This document shows positions 11,650 to 20,625 of a stretch of 64,000 nt of DNA, in pieces. Origin of the DNA: an uncultured delta proteobacterium (GTDB lineage Bacteria > Desulfobacterota > Deferrimicrobia > Deferrimicrobiales > Deferrimicrobiaceae). The notes beneath the pieces were generated by a model that made no database searches, was not told the DNA's origin, and saw nothing but the letters and a program-made list of their open reading frames with translations. Positions within the stretch are counted from its first letter, which is position 1. Each line of letters opens with the position of its first letter. Location of the stretch: contig CAWEPX010000033.1 in assembly GCA_963811025.1 (NCBI GenBank), forward strand, positions 144,583 through 208,582, in the 5' to 3' direction. Position numbers and translations under genes: made by a program.

Positions 11650-12140
11650 ATGACCAGACGATATCATCACAAAAGGGGAAGGGAAGAAACATCCGGCCTG
11701 GACGTCACGACCTTCATGAACCTGATGGTGGTGCTCGTCCCGTTTCTGCTCATCAGTGCCGTCTTTTCGCGCGTGACGATCATGGAGCTGAGCGTTCCGA
11801 CCAGCGCCGGCGGAGCGGCTCGAAAGAGCCGAATTTCGCCATCGAAGTGATTGTCCGTAAAGCCGGACTGGAGATCGCCAACGGATCGTCCGTGGAGGCC
11901 GCAATTCCGAAAAAAGACGGTCACTACGACATGCAGATGCTGCACGAAATGCTCATGCGCCTGAAGGCACGTTACCCGAAGAAGGATGACGCGACAGTCC
12001 TGATGGAACCGGATATCGAGTACGACTATCTGGTCCAGGTCATGGATGCGGTACGCGGCGCCGAAGTGCGGGCGGAAGGGAGCGAAGAGGTCAAGAAAAT
12101 AGTTCTCTTTCCATACATATCGATAGGAGACGCGCCATGA
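11650..12140 (+). CDS. ExbD/TolR family protein (frameshift near 11815-11830)
   Basis: The N-terminal TM segment 'TTFMNLMVVLVPFLLISAVF' (ORF 11650-11850) and the C-terminal periplasmic ExbD domain 'IEVIVRKAGLEIANG...' (ORF 11847-12140) lie in different frames. Confidence 0.7.
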
Positions 12141-12632
12141 GAGAAACCAGACGCATGAAACGGATGGGGCGCAGCAGGAAGAAGATTACAGGTCTGAACC
12201 TGACGCCGCTGATGGATGTTTTCACCATTCTGGTGTTTTTCCTGCTTTTTCACTCGTCCGGCGGCGATATTGTGGAAGCGCCCAAGCAGATCAAGCTGCC
12301 CGATTCCGTCGTCGAGACCAAGCCAAGGGAAACGGTTGTGATCATGGTCAGCCCCGAGGTAGTGCTGGTCCAGGGCGAAGCCGTGATCGGCACCCCCGAA
12401 CTCCTTGATGACCGGATCGGGTCGGTTGCTGCGAATAACAGAGCGGTTGACGCAGCTTGAGCGCAATATCATCGGGATCAGCACCAAGACGGTTGCCGAA
12501 AACAAAGAAGTCACGATCCTTGCGGATAAAACGATTCCGTTCAAGGTACTTAAAAAAATAATGTCAACCTGTACGGACTCTGGATACGGAAGGATTTCCC
12601 TGGCCGTCATTCAGAAGGCCGTCCAGGGCTAG
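12137..12632 (+). CDS. Second ExbD/TolR family protein (frameshift near 12400-12420)
   Basis: N-terminus 'LNLTPLMDVFTILVFFLLF' and C-terminus '...KEVTILADKTIPFKVLKKIMSTCTDSGYGRISLAV' (ExbD C-terminal pattern) lie in different frames. Confidence 0.7.
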
Positions 12633-12642
12633 CGAGGATGCC

Positions 12643-14121
12643 GTGAAAACATCCATGTTAGCGCAGGAATTGGCGCCTCTGGAGGCGCTTATCGGGCAGG
12701 CGCGGCAAAGGAAAGATGCCCTTGAGGGTGAGTTGCGCGCCGTCGAGGCAGAACTCGAAACATTTTCCGCCGAGAGACAGCGGTTCGATGCGTTGCGGGA
12801 CATTTGCAATGCGTTCGACAGGCTGGGGGAACTGAAAGCGGATGCACTCTTTTGGGAAGGAGTCGCGGAGGGCCAGGACACCGCCGGACACGTGGAACGG
12901 GCGAGGAACCGGGTTGCCCGCTTCGAGGGGGAGATCGGCGGGATCCTGGAAAATCAGGCATCTCTACAGGGGCAGATCAAGCAATGTCTCGACGAATTGG
13001 ACATCCTCTATGAAGAAGTACGTGATGCGTACGACCGTGAAGAGCGGCGGAAGGAAGAGTTCGTCATAGAGCGGGAGATATCCCCTGTTCCCTATCGCGC
13101 AATGGTCATGCCATGGACCAAGGAGGCCGAGAGCGAAAGACGCTTCAATCGCTCCGTCCTCGTGGCGCTTTCCATAAGCTTTCTTTTCGGCGCTCTCATT
13201 TCCCTGATAATAGTGCCGATACCGGACCGCTCGGTCGCCGTTGCGGAAATTCCAAAACGATTGGTCCAGCTGGTCAAGAAGGAGATACCAAAGCCCGCGC
13301 CGGCGCCGAAGCGCGAGCCGAAAAAGGTCGAGGAGGAGACAAAACAGGCGAAGAAAGAGCCCAAACCCAAGGCCGATGAGCCTAAGCCGGAAGCACCGCC
13401 GAAAGAGGCGAAGCCGGCGGAGAAACCTACGAAAACGGCCGCCAATGACGGCGGGGCGGCGGCATCGAGGAAAAAGGCCGAAGGTGTCGGCGTTCTGAAG
13501 TTCAAGAACGCCTTCAAGGACTTAATGAACGAAGTTCCCGTTGCGAAGCTTGGCACCGAGGCCCGTCTGAGCAAGGAGAGCCCGCGGACGAAAGGACAGG
13601 CCGTGGCCCAGCGCTCGCTTGTGGCCATGCAGGGGGTGGGCGGCTCCAGCGGAGGTATCGGCGGCGCAGGCGTCAGCCGCAACGTTGGATACGGCAATGC
13701 CGGCCGGCTCGGAGGCGGCGGCGGTATCGGCAGCGGCGGTGGCAGCGGAGTGGGCTTTGTTCGGGTAGAAAGCTCCATAGCAAATTTGGAAGAATCGTCG
13801 AGGCCGACGAGCGATGGAATGGCCGCTGGACGAACGGATGAAGAAATCCAGATTGTATTCGATCGGTACAAGGCGGCCCTTTACCGGATCTACAACCAGG
13901 AACTGCGCAAGGACTCGACGCTACAAGGGAATATATTGATGCGAATCAGCATCGAACCGGACGGCGCGGTGTCCTTGTGCAAGGTGGAATCAACCGACTT
14001 GGCTTCAACCAAGCTGGTAGACAAGGTTGTGGAGCGCATCAGAAGGTTCAACTTTGGCCCGAAGGAAGGTGTTCAGAAGGTGACCATCCTGTACCCGATC
14101 GACTTTTTACCCGCTGGTTAG
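12643..14121 (+). CDS. TonB-family protein with ~170-aa cytoplasmic coiled-coil N-domain, one TM, Lys/Pro/Glu-rich and Gly-rich linkers, and C-terminal TonB domain (GltG/AgmX-like architecture)
   Basis: Coiled-coil N-terminus. TM 'VLVALSISFLFGALISLIIV'. Linker 'KPAPAPKREPKKVEEETKQAKKEPKPKADEPKPEAPPKEAKPAEKP'. Gly run. The C-terminal segment 'YNQELRKDSTLQGNILMRISIEPDGAV...KVTILYPIDF' resembles a TonB C-terminal domain. Confidence 0.7.
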   Translation: MKTSMLAQELAPLEALIGQARQRKDALEGELRAVEAELETFSAERQRFDALRDICNAFDRLGELKADALFWEGVAEGQDTAGHVERARNRVARFEGEIGGILENQASLQGQIKQCLDELDILYEEVRDAYDREERRKEEFVIEREISPVPYRAMVMPWTKEAESERRFNRSVLVALSISFLFGALISLIIVPIPDRSVAVAEIPKRLVQLVKKEIPKPAPAPKREPKKVEEETKQAKKEPKPKADEPKPEAPPKEAKPAEKPTKTAANDGGAAASRKKAEGVGVLKFKNAFKDLMNEVPVAKLGTEARLSKESPRTKGQAVAQRSLVAMQGVGGSSGGIGGAGVSRNVGYGNAGRLGGGGGIGSGGGSGVGFVRVESSIANLEESSRPTSDGMAAGRTDEEIQIVFDRYKAALYRIYNQELRKDSTLQGNILMRISIEPDGAVSLCKVESTDLASTKLVDKVVERIRRFNFGPKEGVQKVTILYPIDFLPAG

Positions 14122-14190
14122 AAAAGCGGAGGGGACGGGGTATACGTTTAAGGACGGAGACCACCGAGTGTCCGATTATAGGAGGAAACA

Positions 14191-14895
14191 ATGGGAATGA
14201 TTGCGTTTTTCCAAAAGGGCGGGTTGTTCATGTACCCCATTCTGCTGGTGTTTGTCGCCGGTATGGCCATTGTGGTCGAACGCTGGGTTCAGTTGAACCG
14301 CATCCGGGGCGTAAATCGAAAAATGTGGGATATGCTTCATCCCATACTGGCCAGGGGTGAATTCGACAAAGCGCATTCGATAATCGACAAGGACAAGTCC
14401 ACCATCTCTCAAATGCTGGGGATGGGACTGGCGCGCATGGGTGCGGTCCGGCGGCGGGAGGACATCGAAATCGCCATGGAAGAGAGCATGATGGAGATCA
14501 TCCCCCAGCTGGAGAAGCGCACGCCCTACGTGGCCCTGCTCGCCAATATCGCCACCCTGCTGGGGTTGCTCGGCACCATCATGGGGCTGATCGAGGCCTT
14601 CACCGCCGTTGCCAATGCGAATCCCGCCGAGAAGGCTGACCTGCTCTCGGCCAGCATCTCGGTGGCCATGAACACCACCGCCTTTGGGCTGATGTCGGCG
14701 ATTCCGCTTCTCCTGTTCCATGCCAAGCTGACATCGACCGCGGGCCAGATCGTGGACAGCCTGGAGATGGCGTCGGTAAAGTCGCTGAACAGTATTTCTG
14801 ATTTCAATAAGCGCCACTTCGAGGCGAAATCGGAGCCCCCGGCCGGAAAGCAGCAAGTTGCCACCCAGGAACCCCAGCTAGGGACAGCATCGTAA
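14191..14895 (+). CDS. MotA/TolQ/ExbB proton-channel protein, paralog of 10997-11647
   Basis: About 85% aa identity to the first copy. The central 269 nt are ~96% identical at the DNA level. Confidence 0.85.
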   Translation: MGMIAFFQKGGLFMYPILLVFVAGMAIVVERWVQLNRIRGVNRKMWDMLHPILARGEFDKAHSIIDKDKSTISQMLGMGLARMGAVRRREDIEIAMEESMMEIIPQLEKRTPYVALLANIATLLGLLGTIMGLIEAFTAVANANPAEKADLLSASISVAMNTTAFGLMSAIPLLLFHAKLTSTAGQIVDSLEMASVKSLNSISDFNKRHFEAKSEPPAGKQQVATQEPQLGTAS

Positions 14896-14953
14896 TGTCC
14901 GTTCAGGGCACGCGGAAACGATGTGTCAGCATCAAAAGAAAGGAGAAAAAGGG

Positions 14954-15529
14954 ATGAGAAACAAGGGATGGTTGGCTATCGCTCTGGGAGTGATGTTGCC
15001 GGTTATGTTATTCACGGTTTCATGTGCCAAAAAGACGGTGGTCCAATCCCAGCCGGAATCGATGGCTGGATCGGATGTCCAGAAGGCGGCAGTCCAGAAG
15101 GCGCCGGACAGACCCGCCGAGGAAGCCAGGCCGGACGGACGGCTTGAAGAAGACCGATTTCGGGCGGAAACCGCTGCCCGTGAAGCCGCCTTGACGGCGT
15201 TCGTCGGCGAGAATATCCATTTCGAATTCGACAGTTTTCTGTTGTCGGACCAAGCCCGGCAGATTTTGGTCAGCAAGGCCGAGTATCTGCGCACGAATCC
15301 GGATATAATGGTCACGGTGGAAGGGCATTGCGATGATCGCGGCACGAGTGAGTACAATATCGCCCTGGGCGAACGACGTGCCGAATCGGTCAGGATGTTC
15401 CTCGGTGATCTGGGCATCGGAACCAATCGGATGAATACCGTGAGTTACGGAGAAGAACGGCCCATTGCCACGGGACACGATGAGGCTTCCTGGGCCGAGA
15501 ACCGCAGAGCCCAGTTCGTGATCAATTGA
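14954..15529 (+). CDS. pal: Peptidoglycan-associated lipoprotein (OmpA-family C-terminal domain)
   Basis: Lipobox 'LFTVSCAKK'. OmpA/Pal motif 'TVEGHCDDRGTSEYNIALGERRAESV...NRRAQFVIN'. Confidence 0.8.
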   Translation: MRNKGWLAIALGVMLPVMLFTVSCAKKTVVQSQPESMAGSDVQKAAVQKAPDRPAEEARPDGRLEEDRFRAETAAREAALTAFVGENIHFEFDSFLLSDQARQILVSKAEYLRTNPDIMVTVEGHCDDRGTSEYNIALGERRAESVRMFLGDLGIGTNRMNTVSYGEERPIATGHDEASWAENRRAQFVIN

Positions 15530-15796
15530 TTTCCGACTAATCGCTTGTCCTTCAAGAACTGATCATGTGGGCACATCACGAGGTGTTTGGCTTGGAAATC
15601 CGCCGGGCAATCCATCGGCAGGCAACCGGCAATGCATCATTGGAATGTCGGGGTAACCCCCGAACTTCCCGGAATAAGACGACTTCGGAAGAACCCGGAT
15701 AGGATAAGGGAAAAACAGGGCATTTCAGCAAAATTTGGCCAATATACGGGAAACATAAGCGAGAACGTGCGCAATTTCATTGGAGGAGGTCGGTCG

Positions 15797-16201
15797 ATGA
15801 ATGCGATCCGGAAGGCAGGCTGGTTTTTCTCCTTGGTGTTGATGATGGCATGCGTAATGGGAGTACTCGGGTCGATCCGGGGAGAGGCAGTGGCGGGCGT
15901 CATCGCATCCCACGGCACGGACAGCGTGGTTGCTCGGAACGTGGACATCACCAAGGTCCAGTCATTCCTGGAGCAGAAGATCGTCCTGCAGAAGTTCTCC
16001 GACTACGGGGTCTCCGCGGACGAGGCGATGGAAAAGGTCCGCGCGATGAGCGACCGGGAGGTGCATCGGCTCGCTGCCCTGACCGACCGGGCGGCCGAAG
16101 GGACGGACTCCGGGCTGGGCCTGCTGATCGGGCTGGCGGTCCTCGTCCTCCTGATCGTCGTGATCCTCAAGCTGATGAATAAGGAAGTCGTCGTTCGCTG
16201 A
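15797..16201 (+). CDS. Hypothetical exported protein with C-terminal TM anchor
   Basis: RBS 'ggaggaggtcggtcgATG'. N-terminal signal/TM and C-terminal 'LGLLIGLAVLVLLIVVILKL'. Confidence 0.45.
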   Translation: MNAIRKAGWFFSLVLMMACVMGVLGSIRGEAVAGVIASHGTDSVVARNVDITKVQSFLEQKIVLQKFSDYGVSADEAMEKVRAMSDREVHRLAALTDRAAEGTDSGLGLLIGLAVLVLLIVVILKLMNKEVVVR

Positions 16202-16223
16202 CAATGCAGTCGAGCATGTTATC

Positions 16224-16257
16224 GGGCGCCGCCCAGGAATATTGCGGCGCCCTTTTC
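16224..16257 (+). terminator. Rho-independent terminator
   Basis: gggcgccgc-(11-nt loop)-gcggcgccc followed by ttttc. It sits 23 nt after the stop of the 15797-16201 gene. Confidence 0.6.
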
Positions 16258-16926
16258 ATGTAACGACATTTTGTGAGCGCACTCCCGACCTTCCTCTCTG
16301 AAACTCTCATACGGTTCCGAGGTGTTTCACACATCAACACCCTCTCGGCAAGCCCCCCTTTTCATCCAGAAAATGCCAGTTGTTTGCACTGATTTGCAGT
16401 CCGTTCGGACTCACTAAGCGGTACTTAAAGAACTTATGATCATCCGGCGCTATTGGAGTGAATGCGGACAGGGCACTACTTGGGCATACAGGTCTCTGTC
16501 GGGATGAGGATCGTATGCATTGGAGAAGTATGCTTGGGTGTCTAGGATCCCGATGGGATTCACTTCACGGAGATGGTATCTGTAAGCCCCCTAGAATAGC
16601 ATTGATATTGGTTACATTCCTGTCTCGATTCCGCATTCCGCGTCATATTTGTTGTTATGGCATGATTCATGAATTACAAGTTTATTGGGTATTCGGGGCA
16701 CTAAAAAGAGCGTACTTCCGGACCTTTTGGGGGCGCAGGAAAGGAAAGGTTTCGAAATCTTCCGAGCGATACCAAATGTGTAAATTCCCGAAAGAAAAAT
16801 CTAAGATGCGGGTGGAGCAATCACGGGTGATTTTCAGGATAGGCAGTGAAAAATGCAACCTCCTAACGGGGCAACAATCACAAACATTGGAAGAAGCCTG
16901 AGAGGATGACAGGGGGAGGCAACAAC

Positions 16927-17694
16927 ATGAAAAAGTTGCTATTGGGGACAATTCTTTTAGCGTTGGCAATTGTCGTTCCGATTCCAACAATCGCAGGCGT
17001 GAATATAAGTATTGGAATTTCTCTGCCGCCACCCATTGTATTTGAGGCACCTCCGGATGTGATCGTGATCCCTGATACGAACAATGTGTACGTTGTTCCT
17101 AATATAAATGTAGACTTCTTTTTCTGGAATGGTTGGTGGTGGCGTCCATGGGAAGGTCGTTGGTATCGCTCCCATTATTATAACCAGGGTTGGGTGTATT
17201 ATGAAAATGTTCCAAGTTTTTATTTTGATGTAGACCCTGGTTGGAGAAGATACTACAGAAGCCATAATTGGTACGGACATAGGTGGTACTATGAACGGAT
17301 CCCTAGTCGACAGGTTGAACAGAACTGGAAGCGCTGGGAAAATAATCGATATTGGGAAAAACAAAGAACATGGGGTGTGAAGAACTATAAACCTCGGACG
17401 CAATCACGGAGAGAAGAATTACGACATCAAAGACAAGTGCAATATCAACGGAGGCCCGAGGTTAAGCGACATCAGCAACAGATGCATCAGCAGCAAAGGC
17501 AAGGACAAGTTGGGCAACCTCAGAGACAACATCAGCAACCACAAAAAGAAAGACAGCGGAAGCAACAAGCTCAAAGTCAGCAGCAACCCAAGCAGCAGCA
17601 AGGTCAACCTCGGGGCAAGCAACAACAGGGGAAATCACGACTACAACACCCTCAAGAAAAACCTGATAGAGAGGACGAAGGACAACGACGGTAG
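16927..17694 (+). CDS. Secreted Trp/Tyr/Arg-rich protein with a long Gln/Arg/Lys-rich low-complexity tail; sits in an AT-rich islet
   Basis: Signal peptide 'MKKLLLGTILLALAIVVPIPTIAG'. Aromatic segment 'FFFWNGWWWRPWEGRWYRSHYYNQGWVYYENV...RYYRSHNWYGHRWYYER'. The C-terminal ~100 aa are almost entirely Q/R/K/P. The local GC content and codon usage depart from neighbouring genes. Confidence 0.5.
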   Translation: MKKLLLGTILLALAIVVPIPTIAGVNISIGISLPPPIVFEAPPDVIVIPDTNNVYVVPNINVDFFFWNGWWWRPWEGRWYRSHYYNQGWVYYENVPSFYFDVDPGWRRYYRSHNWYGHRWYYERIPSRQVEQNWKRWENNRYWEKQRTWGVKNYKPRTQSRREELRHQRQVQYQRRPEVKRHQQQMHQQQRQGQVGQPQRQHQQPQKERQRKQQAQSQQQPKQQQGQPRGKQQQGKSRLQHPQEKPDREDEGQRR

Positions 17695-17753
17695 GAAAAC
17701 CAGGGGAAGTCCATTTCAAGGGATATTGAAATATCTCATGCTGTGAGCATCTT

Positions 17754-18503
17754 ATGGAAGAAGACTACAATCCTGACATCCTAAAGACTATCGAGCTTTT
17801 ATCAACCCTCTCCGACGAGGAGGTCGAACACGTCCGCGAGCGGGCCGTGATCAAAAAGTTCTTGAAGAACGAGACCATTCTTCATGAGGAGGACACGAAC
17901 GAATTTCTCTACATGATTCTCTCCGGCAGCGTGAAGGTGGTCCAGACGACGCAGGACGGAAAGGAGATGGTGCTTGCCATGCACCGCTCGCGGGACTTCT
18001 TCGGCGAGATGTCGCTGCTTGACGGCAAGACCGTGCCTGCGACCGTGGTGGCGATGGAGGACTCCCTGGTGGCCATCATGTCCAAGAAGGACTTTTACTC
18101 GGTGCTCTTCTCCCAGAGGGCGCTTCTCGAGGCCGTCCTCAGGATCCTATGCAGTCGGCTCCGCGAGTCCTGGGAAAAGGTCCGTCTGCTAACATTCAAG
18201 GACACGGCTCTCCGTATCAAAGCCCTCTTCCTTATTCTGTCCAGCGAGTATGGAGAGGAAGGTGACGAAGGATTAACGCTCAGAATCACGCTCACTCACC
18301 AGAGCATCGCGGACATGACAGGCCTTGCGAGGGAGACCGTCACGCGGATGCTCGACAAGTGGCAGAGAGAAGGGGAGATAACCATCCTCAAGGACAAGTT
18401 CATTCTCATGAACCACGATTTTCTTAAGAAGGACTTGGATAGTTTCGCCGATTTCAGCGACAAAAAGGCCGGATCTTTTGAGTCTCACCTTATTTCTTCG
18501 TAG
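17754..18503 (+). CDS. Crp/Fnr-family transcriptional regulator
   Basis: cNMP-binding fold ('FFGEMSLLDGKTVPATVVA') plus C-terminal HTH ('HQSIADMTGLARETVTRML'). Confidence 0.8.
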   Translation: MEEDYNPDILKTIELLSTLSDEEVEHVRERAVIKKFLKNETILHEEDTNEFLYMILSGSVKVVQTTQDGKEMVLAMHRSRDFFGEMSLLDGKTVPATVVAMEDSLVAIMSKKDFYSVLFSQRALLEAVLRILCSRLRESWEKVRLLTFKDTALRIKALFLILSSEYGEEGDEGLTLRITLTHQSIADMTGLARETVTRMLDKWQREGEITILKDKFILMNHDFLKKDLDSFADFSDKKAGSFESHLISS

Positions 18504-18627
18504 GTCGCTGTGTTCCGCCAAACCAGCGCGAAACCGTCTTAACATAGACACCTATGCTGGCGGCGAACGCTTTCTGCTGTTGTAGTTTGGAGTTCATGGG
18601 TTCTTCGTTGCTCCGGGTTAATTCATC

Positions 18628-19335
18628 CTATGGATGCTTCGGGTAACCCTTCTTCAAAGGTCTGTACGGATACGGGGACATAAAAAAGGAGAGGAAGCAT
18701 CCCCACCCCGTAGACAAGGAAGGGGAGTACCGGCATAAAAGCAGCCGGGTCTTCCTCCAGTTCTTCTTGTTTCCCCTTCGGGCCCATTGCTCCTCCATCC
18801 GTTGTAGTCGGTCAAGCATCTCCTGCCTTTTTCCGGTCTTCCATAACAGTCGGACCAAGGAGACCTGCGTGGGGAATTCGTCCGGGGCAAGGCTCAAGAT
18901 CTTTTCCCCTACCGCGAGAGCCTCTTTCCGATACCTCTTCCCCCGGAACGCCTTGCGAGCCGCATCGAGAACGTTGCGTGCGTCGCCCGCGTGGTCCTTC
19001 CCAAGGTAAAGGGCAGCAAGATGCAGGTACGCCTCCAGGTTGCGACGGTCGACCGTCAGAGTCAGTCGGAGCATCGCGATTGCTTTCTCATTAAAGCCCT
19101 GCTTCTCATACGATGAGATGACTTGGCGGAGCGAATCCTTAGCCTGTTCTTTCTGTCCCACCCGGATGTAGAGCGGTGCGACCTTCATGTGAACGTCGAT
19201 ATCTCGTCGATCAACCGACAGGATCTTTTCGTATTCGCGGATGGCTTTCCGGATTCTCCCTCGCGAGCGGTGTTTCTCTGCAATGCGGAGGATTTCGCCT
19301 CGGTCATAGGAGGATGTAGCCCCCGAGAGCTTCAT
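18628..19335 (-). CDS. TPR-repeat protein (C-terminal ~40 aa look out-of-frame)
   Basis: TPR motifs ('AYLHLAALYLGKDHAGDARNVLDAARKAF'). The tail 'LLLCRYSPSLSTGWGCF...' is compositionally aberrant, so the true stop or frame is uncertain. Confidence 0.55.
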   Translation of the reverse strand: MKLSGATSSYDRGEILRIAEKHRSRGRIRKAIREYEKILSVDRRDIDVHMKVAPLYIRVGQKEQAKDSLRQVISSYEKQGFNEKAIAMLRLTLTVDRRNLEAYLHLAALYLGKDHAGDARNVLDAARKAFRGKRYRKEALAVGEKILSLAPDEFPTQVSLVRLLWKTGKRQEMLDRLQRMEEQWARRGNKKNWRKTRLLLCRYSPSLSTGWGCFLSFFMSPYPYRPLKKGYPKHP

Positions 19336-19906
19336 CTTGTAGGATTGCCCTTGATCCTTTTAGAGTCTTATAACTTTATCGGCAAGATACGGTCCCAGAT
19401 TTAGGAAGAAGCAGGCCGGTGACCTGGCGCCGTCCTGGTCGGCATTGACGTGTCTTCGCCTGTTTATACCTAGCCGGAAGGAGGTTGGAATATCGAAGAA
19501 GCGGACCGTCCCGAAGAGATCATCGGCAAACTGCGGGAAGCGGACATAAGGATAAGCGCTGGAGTAAGAATACTTCAGGCGGTCGTTGTATCGCCAGGCG
19601 GGGAAATTGGGCGGAGTGGACGCTCGAGTAGACCTCGGGTTCGCCGGTGGCATGACCGGTCAGTAGAGGGCGGCACATTCGGGGAGTCATATGTTCGAAC
19701 CGTTATATTGTGATTCACTACGTGATTGTACTAATATATTGCTATCGGTTCTGGGGGTATTATTGGGGTATATATACATCCTAACGTAGATACATTGGTA
19801 TACGGCATGTTGCGGAATCATCGACTCCCCCCGCCTCGCTGGGAATCGTTCATCTGTCATGTGGAAAGAACCATCACTCCGGTGATCACTGACGAAGGAG
19901 GAGACG

Positions 19907-20374
19907 ATGAAGGGCAACAAGAAACTCATCGAGGTGCTGAATTCGCTGCTGTCGGACGAATTGACCGCCATCAACCAGTACATGGTGCACTCGGAGATGT
20001 GCGCCAACTGGGGGTACGAGAAGCTGCACAAGCATTTCGAGAAGCGGGCCATCGAGGAGATGAAGCACGCCGAGAAGCTCATTGCAAGGATCCTGTTCCT
20101 GGAGGGGACGCCGACGGTCAGCAACCTCGGGAAGATGATGATCGGCGCGGACGTGCCCAAGCAGCTGGCAGGCGACCACGCGCTCGAACTTGGTGCCATC
20201 AAGGCCTACAACAGCGCCATCGTGCTCGCCGGCGAAGTGAGCGATTTCGCCACACGGGAGATCCTTGAGCATATTCTCCAGGACGAGGACGCACATATCG
20301 ACGGGATCGAGGAACTGCAGGACCAGATCGGGCACATGACGCTTCCCATATTCCTCACCACGCAGGTCGGATAG
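19907..20374 (+). CDS. bfr: Bacterioferritin
   Basis: 'MKGNKKLIEVLNSLLSDELTAINQYMVHSEMCANWGYEKL...EMKHAEKLIARILFLEG' is a ferritin-like diiron fold typical of Bfr, at Bfr length (155 aa). Confidence 0.85.
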   Translation: MKGNKKLIEVLNSLLSDELTAINQYMVHSEMCANWGYEKLHKHFEKRAIEEMKHAEKLIARILFLEGTPTVSNLGKMMIGADVPKQLAGDHALELGAIKAYNSAIVLAGEVSDFATREILEHILQDEDAHIDGIEELQDQIGHMTLPIFLTTQVG

Positions 20375-20625
20375 CGGCAGGAGTACCTGTTCGGCAGAAT
20401 ATCCGAACTTCGTTCCGAACCAGGGGGCAAGGCCCGGGATCGTTTTCCCCGGGCCGCCGTGTCCCGCGCTGCGATATTTCATCAAGGGATCCCTCTGGGA
20501 TCACCGGGGAAATGTGCCCTCCGCAGAAGCGAAGGCTTTTGATTCAAACCCCTATGATTACCCCGGTCGGATCGCCCCGCTCACTTCCCATATTCCCAAT
20601 GGGGGGATTCAGGTAGGATTTATTT

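Noticed and set aside
16660-16700. Possible sigma-54 promoter 'gGGCACtacttGGGCAt' in the islet upstream region (actually near 16480-16496)
   Set aside because: The -12 element is GGGC rather than TTGC, and several similar chance matches exist in GC-rich DNA. Not supportable without a matrix scan.
16458-16901. 147-aa ORF in the AT-rich islet
   Set aside because: It has no RBS, odd composition and many rare codons, and lies in a region that looks like promoter or UTR DNA. Treated as non-coding.
19492-19565. Short peptide similarity 'PEEIIGKLREADIRISAG' to the N-terminal motif of IS3/IS407-family transposase OrfA ('EEQIIGxLKEAEAG')
   Set aside because: Only ~17 residues match. The downstream sequence does not continue the transposase in any frame, and there are no inverted repeats. 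It is too weak to call an IS remnant.
20375-20470. Hairpin 'ggcccggg-atcgttttcc-ccgggcc' after bfr as a terminator
   Set aside because: A stem exists but there is no downstream U-tract. Left uncalled.
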